This document shows positions 1 to 8,851 of a stretch of 45,109 bases of DNA, piece by piece. Location of the stretch: NCBI GenBank assembly GCA_034667685.1, contig JAXDQU010000039.1, positions 1 through 45,109 on the forward strand, given 5' to 3'. Under the pieces are notes generated by a model. It was not told the DNA's origin and made no database searches. It was given only the letters and a program-made list of their open reading frames with translations. The position numbers were made by a program, and so were the translations under genes. How positions within the stretch are numbered: the stretch's first letter is position 1; every line of letters starts with the position of its first letter. This stretch comes from Thermoplasmata archaeon. GTDB taxonomy: Archaea > Thermoplasmatota > SW-10-69-26 > JACQPN01 > JAJPHT01.

Positions 1-39
1 CGCGGATTCCGGGATTCGCGGTGTTGGGAAAGGAGCGCC
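1..39. repeat. Partial, inverted copy of a ~73-bp palindromic interspersed repeat (family A)
   Basis: Reverse complement (GGCGCTCCTTTCCCAACACCGCGAATCCCGGAATCCGCG) matches the left half of the copy at 30138 with one mismatch, and the copy at 20983 less closely; cut by the window edge. Confidence 0.85.
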
Positions 40-81
40 CGGACACCACCCTTTTTGCGCATGGCCCGGCATCGCCGCCGC

Positions 82-1104
82 ATGGGCGTAGACCTCTCCG
101 ACGTCGTGCCGAAGACGGCGCGGAAGCTGGAGGACTTCCAGGGCAAGACCATCGCCATCGACGCCCACAACGCCATCTACCAATTCCTGAGCAGCATCCG
201 TCAGCCCGACGGCACGCCGCTGAAGGACAAGCAGGGCCGGATCACGAGCCATCTCTCGGGGCTGCTCTACCGCACCGCGAACCTCGCGGAGAGCGGCATC
301 CGGCCCGTGTACGTCTTCGACGGCAAGCCGCCCGAGCTGAAGCGCGCCACCATCGACGAGCGCATCGAGCGCAAGGAGAAGGCGCAGGCCGAGATGGAGC
401 AGGCGCTCGCGGAGGGGGACGAGGAGCGCGCGCGCACCAAGGCGCAGCAGACGAGCTATCTCTCGCACGACATGGTGGGCGAGTCCAAGGCGCTCCTCGA
501 CGCGCTGGGCATCCCGTGGGTGCAGGCGCCCGGAGAAGGCGAGGCGCAGGCCGCGCACATGGCCGCGCGCGGCGACGTGTGGGCCGCCTCGTCGCAGGAC
601 TTCGACTCGTTGTTGTTCGGCGCGCCGCGCCTCGTGCGCAACCTCGCCGTGACGGGCAAGCGCAAGCTCCCTGGCAAGAGCATCTGGGTCGACGTGGAGC
701 CCGAGCTGATCGAGCTCGAAGCGGTCCTCGGCGCGTTGGGCCTCTCGCGCCAGCAGCTCGTCGAGGCCGGCATCCTCGTGGGCACGGACTTCGACGCGGG
801 CGTCAAGGGCGTCGGGCCCAAGCGCGCGGTGAAGCTCATCAAGGACAAGGGGAACCTCACCGACGTCCTGCAGCAGCTCGAGGCCGACGTGCCCGAGGCG
901 GAGCAGATCCGCGAGATCTTCCTGAAGCCGAACGTCACGGACACCTACAGCGTCGCGTTCAAGACCGCCGACGAGGCCGCGGTGCGCGACATCCTCGTCA
1001 AGCAGCACGACTTCGGCGAGGAGCGCGTGAAGGCGACCTTTCCTCGGTACGCCAAGCTCCACGAGGCGATGAAGCAGAGAAGCCTCGACGCGTTCTTCGG
1101 CTAG
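82..1104 (+). CDS. fen: Flap endonuclease-1
   Basis: MGVDL start, IAIDAHNAIYQFLSSIRQPDGTPL, VFDGKPP, EGEAQAA, SQDFDSLLFG and GTDF motifs; C-terminal PIP box QRSLDAFF. Confidence 0.97.
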   Translation: MGVDLSDVVPKTARKLEDFQGKTIAIDAHNAIYQFLSSIRQPDGTPLKDKQGRITSHLSGLLYRTANLAESGIRPVYVFDGKPPELKRATIDERIERKEKAQAEMEQALAEGDEERARTKAQQTSYLSHDMVGESKALLDALGIPWVQAPGEGEAQAAHMAARGDVWAASSQDFDSLLFGAPRLVRNLAVTGKRKLPGKSIWVDVEPELIELEAVLGALGLSRQQLVEAGILVGTDFDAGVKGVGPKRAVKLIKDKGNLTDVLQQLEADVPEAEQIREIFLKPNVTDTYSVAFKTADEAAVRDILVKQHDFGEERVKATFPRYAKLHEAMKQRSLDAFFG

Positions 1105-1826
1105 GCCGGCGTCTCCACGTGCTTCGCCAGCCAGCGCGGCGGCGCGTAGGCCCACGAGATGGAGAGGCCCGACATCAGGCCCAGCACGAGAGGGACGGCC
1201 GCGGCGATCCCGCCGTCGCGCAGCACGATGCTCAGGCTCCACGCGACGGTGGCGAGGGCGACGAGCGCGATGCGGAGCCGGTGGCCGACGCTGGGCGCCT
1301 GCCGCAGGAGCGCGAGGTAGGTCGTGCCGCCGACGAGCGGCGGGATCACGAGGAGGAGCGCGACGGCGAAGGCGCCCATCAGCGGCGTGGCGAAGACGAG
1401 CGATGTGCGCCACGGCTGGACGTCGACGCCCACCGGCGCGCCGCGCGTGACCAGGAAGAGGAGGACCGCGTAGTACGCCGCATAGAATGCGGCGAGCGGC
1501 GCCATGAGCCTGCGCTGGCCGGTGAGCACGTACGCCAGGTAGTACATCAGCCCCCAGAGGCCGATGCAGATGGCGATGATCTGCATGTAACGCAGCGCGA
1601 CGAAGACCGCGAACGGATCGGCGCCCAGCGCCGCCATGAGGTCCTGCGAGGCGCCGGCGAGCGCGTAGACGGCGACGCCGATCCACCAGACGGCGAAGAG
1701 CAGCAGCGCGTTGCGCGCCTCCGCCTCGCCCACCCTGCGCTCCAGGAGGTTGAGCCCCGCCGCGAGGAAAAGGCCCGAGGCGACCGAAGCCGCGCATGAG
1801 CTCAGGACGAGGCTCAGGTCCGCCAC
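1101..1826 (-). CDS. Multi-pass (about 7 TM) membrane protein of unknown function
   Basis: About seven hydrophobic segments; GC3-biased codons; stop overlaps fen stop; GTG start. Confidence 0.8.
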   Translation of the reverse strand: MADLSLVLSSCAASVASGLFLAAGLNLLERRVGEAEARNALLLFAVWWIGVAVYALAGASQDLMAALGADPFAVFVALRYMQIIAICIGLWGLMYYLAYVLTGQRRLMAPLAAFYAAYYAVLLFLVTRGAPVGVDVQPWRTSLVFATPLMGAFAVALLLVIPPLVGGTTYLALLRQAPSVGHRLRIALVALATVAWSLSIVLRDGGIAAAVPLVLGLMSGLSISWAYAPPRWLAKHVETPA

Positions 1827-1885
1827 GAGCTTGCTCCCTGCCGGGCGCCCCTATTTTGGCGTGTCGCGAATCCGCCCCCGAGGCT

Positions 1886-1892
1886 TTTTATA
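1886..1892 (+). promoter_or_regulatory. Archaeal TATA box for lpdA (probably leaderless)
   Basis: TTTTATA about 27 nt upstream of ATG 1920 in otherwise GC-rich DNA. Confidence 0.6.
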
Positions 1893-1919
1893 CGGGCCTC
1901 CTGTCCCCGGCTGAGCACC

Positions 1920-3338
1920 ATGGCCACGACGATGAGCACCGAGGTCCTCGTGATCGGCGCCGGCCCCGGAGGGTACGTGGCGGCGATCCGCGCGGCGCAG
2001 CTTGGGAAGAAGGTCCTCTGCGTCGAGAAGGAGAAGCTGGGCGGCGTGTGCCTCAACGTGGGCTGCATCCCGAGCAAGGCGCTCATCCACGCCGCGAAGG
2101 AGTGGCGCGCGCTCCACGGCGAGGCCGCGGAGATCGGCATCGAGGTCACGGGCGCGCGCATCGACTTCAAGAAGACGCAGGAGTGGAAGCGCGGCGTCAC
2201 CAACGGCCTCACCAACGGCATCGGCCAGCTCTTCAAGGCCAACAAGGTCGAGCCGCTCTTCGGGACGGCGACGTTCACCGGCCCGAACGCGGTCAACGTC
2301 AAGACCGCCAATGGTGATATCACCGTCCAGTTCCAGCAGTGCATCGTGGCGACCGGCAGCCGCCCCATCCAGATCCCCGGCTTCGCCTTCGACGGCCAGA
2401 AGGTCATCGACTCGACGGGCGCGCTGGACCTTGATATCATCCCGAAGGACCTCGTCGTCATCGGCGGCGGGTTCATCGGCCTGGAGATCGGCGCCGCGTA
2501 CGCCGCGCTGGGCAGCAAGGTCACGGTCGTCGAGATGATGGACCAGCTCCTGCCCGGCCAGGACCCCGAGATCGTGAAGGTCGTCGAGCGCCGCCTCAAG
2601 AAGGACGGCGTGTCGGTCTTCACGAAGGCGAAGGCCAAGGGCTTCGACGGCAAGGACGTGACGTTCGAGGTCGACGGCAAGGAGCAGAAGGTCCCCGCCG
2701 ACAAGGTGCTCGTGGCCGTCGGCCGCCGCCCCAACACCGACGCGCTCGCGCTCGACAAGGCCGGCGTGAAGGTCGGCGAGAAGGGCCTGATCCCGATCAA
2801 CGACAAGGCGCAGACCAACGTGCCGGGCATCTACGCCATCGGTGATATCACCGCGGGCCCCGCGCTCGCCCACAAGGCCAGCAAGGAGGGGCTCGTCGCG
2901 GCCGCGCACATCGCGGGCGACAAGGGCGCCGCGCTGGACTACAAGGCGCTGCCGTGGGCCGTCTTCGTGGAGCCCGAGATCGCCACCGTGGGCCTGACCG
3001 AGGATCAGGCGCGCGCCAAGGGCTACGAGCCCGTCGTCGCCAAGTTCCCGATGGCGGCGCTGGGCCGGGCCAAGAGCACCAACGCGACCGAGGGCTTCGT
3101 GAAGGTCGTCGCCGACAGGAAGACCGACCTCCTGCTGGGCGTCCACGTCGTGGGCGCCGAGGCGAGCAACGTCATCGGCGAGGCGGCGCTCGCCATCGAG
3201 ATGGGCGCCACCGCGCGCGACCTCGCGCTGACCATCCACACGCACCCGACGTTCCCCGAAGCGCTGATGGAAGCGGCCGAGGGGATCCATGGCGCGATGA
3301 TCCACGCGGCGAACCTGCCGCCGCGCGCGCCGCGGTAG
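1920..3338 (+). CDS. lpdA: Dihydrolipoamide dehydrogenase (E3)
   Basis: GAGPGG FAD motif, GGVCLNVGCIPSK redox disulfide, GGGFIG NAD motif, HTHPTFPE active site. Confidence 0.97.
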   Translation: MATTMSTEVLVIGAGPGGYVAAIRAAQLGKKVLCVEKEKLGGVCLNVGCIPSKALIHAAKEWRALHGEAAEIGIEVTGARIDFKKTQEWKRGVTNGLTNGIGQLFKANKVEPLFGTATFTGPNAVNVKTANGDITVQFQQCIVATGSRPIQIPGFAFDGQKVIDSTGALDLDIIPKDLVVIGGGFIGLEIGAAYAALGSKVTVVEMMDQLLPGQDPEIVKVVERRLKKDGVSVFTKAKAKGFDGKDVTFEVDGKEQKVPADKVLVAVGRRPNTDALALDKAGVKVGEKGLIPINDKAQTNVPGIYAIGDITAGPALAHKASKEGLVAAAHIAGDKGAALDYKALPWAVFVEPEIATVGLTEDQARAKGYEPVVAKFPMAALGRAKSTNATEGFVKVVADRKTDLLLGVHVVGAEASNVIGEAALAIEMGATARDLALTIHTHPTFPEALMEAAEGIHGAMIHAANLPPRAPR

Positions 3339-3384
3339 GCGCAGCGTTCATGTTCCCTCCGCCCATGGAGCGCGGAGGACCGGC

Positions 3385-4017
3385 ATGACGAACCCACCCG
3401 TCCACATCTGCGGCCGCGCCGTCGAGGGAGCCAGGCACATCTGCGCGTTCGTGCACTCGCGCGACGAGGAGTACGCCATCATGGCGCCCTACGTCAAGGA
3501 GGCCACGCGGCAGAACGAGCGCGTCGTGCAGATCATCAACGAGGACCTTCGCGCGGACCACAAGGCGCGCATGGCGAAGGCCGGCGTCGACGTCGAGAAG
3601 GCGGAGGCGTCGGGCCAGCTTTCCATCCTGCGCTGGGAGGACGCGTACCTCCAGGGCGGCTACTTCGACCACGACCGGATGCTCAACATGCTCCAGACGG
3701 CGATCCGCGAGCGCAAGGAGCTGGGCTACCCGCAGATGCGCGCCATGGCGAACATGGACTGGGCCCTGCGCGGCGCCCCGGGCACCGAGCACCTGCTGGA
3801 GTACGAGGCGCGCGCCAACTTCGTGAGCCGCACGACGAACGACGTGTTCCTGTGCTTCTACGACCTCAACAAGTTCCCCGCGAGCACGGTCGTCGACGTC
3901 ATGCGCACGCACCCCGCCGTCATCATCGGCGGCGTCTACCACGAGAACCCGTACTACGTCGAGCCGGAGACGCTCCTCGAAGAGCTTGTCGCCCGGGGCA
4001 AGGCGAAGCGCGCGTGA
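3385..4017 (+). CDS. MEDS domain sensor protein
   Basis: HICAFVHS, YLQGGYFD, LLEYEA, CFYDLNKF, DVMRTHP and NPYY pattern typical of MEDS domains. Confidence 0.85.
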   Translation: MTNPPVHICGRAVEGARHICAFVHSRDEEYAIMAPYVKEATRQNERVVQIINEDLRADHKARMAKAGVDVEKAEASGQLSILRWEDAYLQGGYFDHDRMLNMLQTAIRERKELGYPQMRAMANMDWALRGAPGTEHLLEYEARANFVSRTTNDVFLCFYDLNKFPASTVVDVMRTHPAVIIGGVYHENPYYVEPETLLEELVARGKAKRA

Positions 4018-5162
4018 CGCGCAGCCTCGGCGCCGACCCGATGCTCGCGGACGTCGTCGCCTTCACCTCGCTCCCCGGCCTCTGGGTGGGGCAGAGCCTC
4101 GATCGGGTCGCGCTCAGCCTCGCGCAGTCGCTGGAGCGCACCGTCCACGCCCGCGCCGTCGCGGTGCTCCTCGTGACGGAGGCGGGCACCGTCGAGCGCC
4201 GCGCGGGAGAGTCCGTCCTGCTCGACGACGCCGTGGAGCGCTGGCGCCGCAACGAGCCCATCGAGGACGCGCTGCGCTGCGACGTGGGCCCGATGGGCGC
4301 GCGCGGCGCGATCCTCCTCCACCCGGCCTCGTACGCGCCCGAGAAGCTCCACCTGGCGCGGCTGGCCGCGAACCTCGCCGACACCGCGCTGCGCGAGGCC
4401 GCGCTGGACCACCAGGTGGCGGCCACGCGCGAGACGATCCAGCGCCTCGAGAAGGCGAGCATGCTGGGCCAGCTCGTCAGCGGCGTCGCGCACGAGCTTC
4501 GCACGCCGCTCACCTACGCGGGCAACAACCTCTACCTCCTTCAGGGGCACCTCGCGCGGCTCGACATCCCGCCGGCGAGCCGCGAGCGCATCCAGGAGAT
4601 CCTCGCGGAGGTCGCCTCCGCCCACGAGCGGATCGAGCGCACCGTCGGCACGCTCCGCCGTCTCAACGGCGCGCGCCGCGCCGTGCGGGACGAGGTGCTC
4701 CTGAAGGACGTCGTCGCGGAGGCGGCCCGGCTCTTCTCGCTCACGAGCGTGGGCGCGGTCGACGTGCGCGCCGAGTTGGACGGCGAGGACGCGACGCTCG
4801 CGGACCCGATCGAGGTCCAGCAGGTCGCGCTCAACCTCCTCCAGAACGCCCGCGACGCGAGCCCGCCCGGGGGCCGGATCCGGCTGCGGACGTGGACCGA
4901 CGCGGACGGGGCGCACCTGCTCGTGGAGGACGAGGGGCCCGGCATCCCGCCCGACGTGCGGGCCCGCATGTTCGAGCCCTTCTTCTCGACCAAGCCGCAG
5001 GGCACGGGCATCGGCCTCTCCGTCGTGCGCCGCATCGCCGAGACGCACGGCGCGTCGATCCGCGTCTCCGACCGGGCGCCCCGCGGCGCGCGCGTGGAGG
5101 TCGTGTTCCCCCTCGCGCGGGTTCCGGCCGCCGCGCCGCCCGCCGCCGCGCCCTCCGCCTAG
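4014..5162 (+). CDS. Sensor histidine kinase (HisKA + HATPase)
   Basis: AHELRTPL H-box, NLLQNA N-box, DEGPGI G1, FEPFFSTK F-box, GTGIGL G2; GTG start overlaps the MEDS stop (GTGA). Confidence 0.9.
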   Translation: MTRSLGADPMLADVVAFTSLPGLWVGQSLDRVALSLAQSLERTVHARAVAVLLVTEAGTVERRAGESVLLDDAVERWRRNEPIEDALRCDVGPMGARGAILLHPASYAPEKLHLARLAANLADTALREAALDHQVAATRETIQRLEKASMLGQLVSGVAHELRTPLTYAGNNLYLLQGHLARLDIPPASRERIQEILAEVASAHERIERTVGTLRRLNGARRAVRDEVLLKDVVAEAARLFSLTSVGAVDVRAELDGEDATLADPIEVQQVALNLLQNARDASPPGGRIRLRTWTDADGAHLLVEDEGPGIPPDVRARMFEPFFSTKPQGTGIGLSVVRRIAETHGASIRVSDRAPRGARVEVVFPLARVPAAAPPAAAPSA

Positions 5163-5220
5163 GCACCGTTCCCTCGACGTACCAGAACGCACTCACGATG
5201 CCCAGGGCAGCGCGGGGCGC

Positions 5221-5688
5221 ATGGAAGCCCTCCTCGCGGCGCCGCGCCCGGTCGCGCCGCCCGCGGTCCTCGACCTGCCGCCCGTCCTCGACACGCCCCT
5301 GGGCCAGCGCCTCGTCGAGCGCCTGGCCCGCGTGCCGGCGTTCGACTGGTGCCACTGGGGTGAGGTCCTCGCCGGCGTCCGGCTCGCCGAGGCGGCGCCC
5401 GCTCTCCGCTTCGCGCAGGAGGGCCCCACGCGCGTCCGCCTCGCGGGCGACGACGAGGCCGAGGTCTGCGTCATCGGGCTGCTGCCGGGCCAGACGCTCG
5501 CGCACGCCGCGCACGGCCAGAGCGAGGGCATCCTGCACCTTCTCGCGGGGCAGGGGCGCTGCGAGGGAAACCGGCTCTGGGGCGGCGACCAGCTCGCGAT
5601 CGCGCCCGAGCAGCGGCGCGACGTGACCAACGACGGGCCCGGCGTCCTCGTGGCGATCGCGCTCTACGCGCCGCGGCTCGGGGCGTAG
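5221..5688 (+). CDS. Cupin-fold protein
   Basis: C-terminal LLPGQ..AHAAH..SEGILHLLAGQG..GD..IAP..RDVTNDG cupin-like pattern. Confidence 0.6.
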   Translation: MEALLAAPRPVAPPAVLDLPPVLDTPLGQRLVERLARVPAFDWCHWGEVLAGVRLAEAAPALRFAQEGPTRVRLAGDDEAEVCVIGLLPGQTLAHAAHGQSEGILHLLAGQGRCEGNRLWGGDQLAIAPEQRRDVTNDGPGVLVAIALYAPRLGA

Positions 5689-6416
5689 GCCGGGAACGAG
5701 AGCACGAAGCGCGTCCCCTGGTCCGGCGCGCTCCGGCAGACCATGCTCGCGCCGTGCGCCTCGACGATGCGCCGGACGATGGCGAGGCCGAGGCCGGGCG
5801 CCCCGGGCTTGGTGGTGTAGAACTCCTCGTACATCCGCGCCTGCACGTCGGGCGTCATGCCGATGCCGTCGTCCTCGACGAGCAGCAGCACGCGGTCCGC
5901 CTCGTGGCTCGTCGCGACGCGCAGCGTCCCCTCCGGCCCGATGGCCTGCGCGCCGTTCTCCAGGATGTGGAGCGCGGCCTGCTGCACGTGGACGCGCGCC
6001 GCGCGGATCGGCGGCGTGGGCGCGAGCGCGGCCTCCAGGCGCACGGCGGGATGCGCGGCGCGGAAGAGCGCCAGCGCCTCGTCGATGGCCTCGGGCAGCG
6101 CGACCAGCTCGCGCGGCGCGTCCACGCGCGCGAAGCGCTGCAGCCCTTCGACGAGGTGCGCGATCTGCGCCATGCCGTCCTGCGCCGCGGCGAGGTGGCC
6201 CGGCAGGTCGGCAAGCTCCGCGCTCAGCGAGCCCGCGCGCTCCAGGCGGCGCGCGATCATGGCGAGGTGGTTGGCCGTGACCGAGAGTGGCGTGCGGATC
6301 TCGTGGGCGACGCCCGTCGCCAACGTCCCCAACGCCGCGGCGCGCTCGCTCTGCGCGAGCAACGCCTCCAACCGATTCGCCGCCATCCGGGCTCCGGCTA
6401 ACGTCGTGGGGCCCAT
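5664..6416 (-). CDS. Histidine kinase with little or no input domain
   Basis: AHEIRTPL, ILENG, DDGIGM, FYTTK, GLGL boxes; start uncertain (6416 or 6386). Confidence 0.85.
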   Translation of the reverse strand: MGPTTLAGARMAANRLEALLAQSERAAALGTLATGVAHEIRTPLSVTANHLAMIARRLERAGSLSAELADLPGHLAAAQDGMAQIAHLVEGLQRFARVDAPRELVALPEAIDEALALFRAAHPAVRLEAALAPTPPIRAARVHVQQAALHILENGAQAIGPEGTLRVATSHEADRVLLLVEDDGIGMTPDVQARMYEEFYTTKPGAPGLGLAIVRRIVEAHGASMVCRSAPDQGTRFVLSFPAYAPSRGA

Positions 6417-6463
6417 AGCCCTGCCGGCGCCGCCACCAACATGATGCCCGTACAGCGGGATGG

Positions 6464-6808
6464 TTGCGCGTGGGCAGCGCGCGGGCCCTGGAGTCGTGGG
6501 GGAAGCACGGCCGCTTCTCGTATCGTGGCAACGTGAAGAACGGGACACGGATCATCCTCAGCCGCGAGAAGCACGTCGTCCTCGACGCCGAGACGTGGGC
6601 GAGGCTTCTCGCGCACTTCGCGCGCCGCACCGTGCCCATCGGCCTCTCGCGCCACCCGCCGCGCGACTCGCTGGGAGGCTGGCTCCAGGGGCGCGCGCAG
6701 GGCGAGGTGCTCGCGGCCTACGCCGGACCGATCCTCGTGCGCGAGGGGTACGCGCGGAGGCTGGACGACGAGATTCGGATCGAGGCGGAGCCCGATCCTT
6801 TGGGCTAG
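6464..6808 (+). CDS. Hypothetical protein (about 114 aa)
   Basis: Protein-like composition and GC3-biased codons; start uncertain. Confidence 0.65.
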   Translation: MRVGSARALESWGKHGRFSYRGNVKNGTRIILSREKHVVLDAETWARLLAHFARRTVPIGLSRHPPRDSLGGWLQGRAQGEVLAAYAGPILVREGYARRLDDEIRIEAEPDPLG

Positions 6809-6870
6809 GGGCTCTGGACTCAGGACTCTGGGCTCCGGAGCCCAGAGTCCTGAGCCCAGAGCCCTAGCCC
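6802..6870. repeat. Near-perfect ~69-bp palindrome built of 7-mer units (family B, REP-like)
   Basis: GGGCTAGGGGCTCTGGACTCAGGACTCTGGGCTCC | GGAGCCCAGAGTCCTGAGCCCAGAGCCCTAGCCC between convergent genes. Confidence 0.85.
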
Positions 6871-6873
6871 CGA

Positions 6874-7008
6874 TCACGACCGGACGCGCCCGAGCGCGAT
6901 GCCCGCATGCGCCGCGGCCTTCTGGTGCGTGGCGACCTGGGCCTGCATGACGTGGGGCGGCGCGGCGTCGAAGACGGCGCCGCACAGGAGGCAGCGGAGG
7001 GGGCTCAT
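6874..7008 (-). CDS. 44-aa putative C2H2-type zinc-finger microprotein
   Basis: Hand translation MSPLRCLLCGAVFDAAPPHVMQAQVATHQKAAAHAGIALGRVRS; CxxCG.xF then H-x5-H; below ORF-track cutoff. Confidence 0.6.
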   Translation of the reverse strand: MSPLRCLLCGAVFDAAPPHVMQAQVATHQKAAAHAGIALGRVRS

Positions 7009-7106
7009 GCGGCGAACGGCGACCTCAGGGGTCAAGGCCTTGCGGGTCCATCCGAAGGGCCGCTTCGGAGGACAAGCGTGATGGCGGATCCGCAGGATGG
7101 CGCGTC

Positions 7107-7616
7107 GTGCACCCCAACGCCGAGACGATCCGGCGCTTCTACGCCTGCTTCGCGGCGCGCGACGCGGAGGGCATGGCGGCGTGCTACGGGACGGAGGTCG
7201 TCTTCCGGGATCCGGTGTTTGGCGAGCTACGGGGTCGGCGCGCGGGCGACATGTGGCGGATGCTCGCGGGGCGCGCCGTGGACCTGAAGGTCGACGTCTC
7301 GGGCGTGGAGGCCGACGACGCGCGAGGCAAGGCGCGCTGGGTCGCCACGTACAAGTTCGGCCCGAAGGCGCGTCCCGTCCGCAACGTCATCGACGCGCGC
7401 TTCGCGTTCCACGACGGGCTCATCGTGCGCCACGAGGACTCGTTCGACTTCTGGCGCTGGTCCGCGCAGGCGCTCGGGCCCGCCGGCTCGCTGCTGGGCT
7501 GGACGCCCATGCTCCAGGCGCGCGTGCGCCGGAACGCTCTCGGCGGTCTGGATCGGTTTCAGCGCGGGGCCGCTCAACACGAAGCCACGAAGGCACGAAG
7601 CCACCAAGGCTCCTGA
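7107..7616 (+). CDS. SnoaL-like / NTF2 family protein
   Basis: IRRFYACF..D.EGMAACY...VVFRDPVFGEL..MWRML..HEDSFDFWRW pattern. Confidence 0.85.
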   Translation: MHPNAETIRRFYACFAARDAEGMAACYGTEVVFRDPVFGELRGRRAGDMWRMLAGRAVDLKVDVSGVEADDARGKARWVATYKFGPKARPVRNVIDARFAFHDGLIVRHEDSFDFWRWSAQALGPAGSLLGWTPMLQARVRRNALGGLDRFQRGAAQHEATKARSHQGS

Positions 7617-7652
7617 GACTTCGTGCTCTTCGTGGCTTCGTGCCTTCGTGTT
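7576..7652. repeat. Inverted repeat of CACGAAG(C/G) 8-mer units (family C)
   Basis: AACACGAAGCCACGAAGGCACGAAG pairs with CTTCGTGGCTTCGTGCCTTCGTGTT with 2 mismatches; between convergent genes. Confidence 0.85.
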
Positions 7653-7666
7653 CCGGCGGCCGGGAA

Positions 7667-8848
7667 TCAAGAAAGCCGACGGCTGACGACCTTCTCCAGG
7701 ATCGCCACCGCGTCGTCGACCTGCTGCCCCGTCACGATCAACGGCGGCGCGAGGCGGAGCACGTGGTCGCCGATGGCGTTGACCAGGAGGCCCGCCGCTT
7801 CCGCGTCGACCTTCACCTGCTTGGCGATCGGCTGCTCCAGCTCGACGCCCACGAGCAGGCCCAGGCCGCGCGTCTCCTTGACGCCGGGCACGCGCGCCTT
7901 GACCTGGGTGCGCAGGTAGTCGCCCTGCACGCTGGCGTTGTCGAGCAGGCGCTCGCGCTGGAGGACGTCGAGCGTGGCGAGCCCGGCCGCGGCGCCAAGC
8001 GGGTTGCCGCCGAACGTCGAGCCGTGGTCGCCGGGGTGGAGCAGCGCGGCGGCGCGTGCGTTGAGCAGCGCGGCGCCCACCGGGAAGCCCGACGCGATGC
8101 CCTTGGCGAGCGTGGTGATGTCAGGGCGGACGCCGAAGTGCTGCGAGGCCAGGAACTTGCCCGTGCGGCCCACGCCGGTCTGCACCTCGTCGGCGACGAG
8201 CAGCGCGTCGTTCAGCATGCAGAGGCGCTGGACGGCCTGCACGAACTCGGGCTTGAGCGCGCGCACGCCGCCCTCGCCCTGCACGAATTCCAGGAACACG
8301 GCGGCGACGGGCTGGCGCGCGAACGCCATCTCCAGCGCCACGATATCATTCGCCGGGACGTGGACGATGCCCTCGGGCAGCGGGCCGAAGTCCTTCTGGT
8401 ACTTGGGCTGGCCCGTGAGCGTGACGGTCGCGGTGGTGCGGCCGTGGAAGCTCTGGTCCAGCGCGATCACGACGGCCTCGGGGTGGGCCTTGGCGTGCGC
8501 GTGGCGGCGCGCGATCTTCAGCGCGGCCTCGTTGGCCTCCGCGCCGCTGTTGCAGAAGAACGCGCGGTCGTAGCCGGTGATGGCCGTGAGCCGCTCCGCG
8601 AAGCGCATGACGTTCTCCGTGGCGTAGAGGTTGCTGACGTGCATCAGCTTCTGCGCCTGGCGCGAGATCGCCGCGACGACCTCGGGGTGCGCGTGGCCGG
8701 TGCTGCACACGGCGATGCCCGCGATGAAGTCGAGGTAGCGCTTGCCCTGCGCGTCGAAGAGATAGCACCCTTCGCCGCGGTCGATCTGGAGCGTGGGCGT
8801 GGCGTACGTCGGCGCGAGCGCGCGCTCCCAGCGCGTCTTGAGGTCCAC
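7667..8848 (-). CDS. argD: Acetylornithine aminotransferase
   Basis: NSGAEANE, SFHGRT, VQGEGG, DEVQTG, TLAKG (PLP Lys), HGSTFGGNP; in arg operon. Confidence 0.93.
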   Translation of the reverse strand: MDLKTRWERALAPTYATPTLQIDRGEGCYLFDAQGKRYLDFIAGIAVCSTGHAHPEVVAAISRQAQKLMHVSNLYATENVMRFAERLTAITGYDRAFFCNSGAEANEAALKIARRHAHAKAHPEAVVIALDQSFHGRTTATVTLTGQPKYQKDFGPLPEGIVHVPANDIVALEMAFARQPVAAVFLEFVQGEGGVRALKPEFVQAVQRLCMLNDALLVADEVQTGVGRTGKFLASQHFGVRPDITTLAKGIASGFPVGAALLNARAAALLHPGDHGSTFGGNPLGAAAGLATLDVLQRERLLDNASVQGDYLRTQVKARVPGVKETRGLGLLVGVELEQPIAKQVKVDAEAAGLLVNAIGDHVLRLAPPLIVTGQQVDDAVAILEKVVSRRLS

Positions 8849-8851
8849 GGC

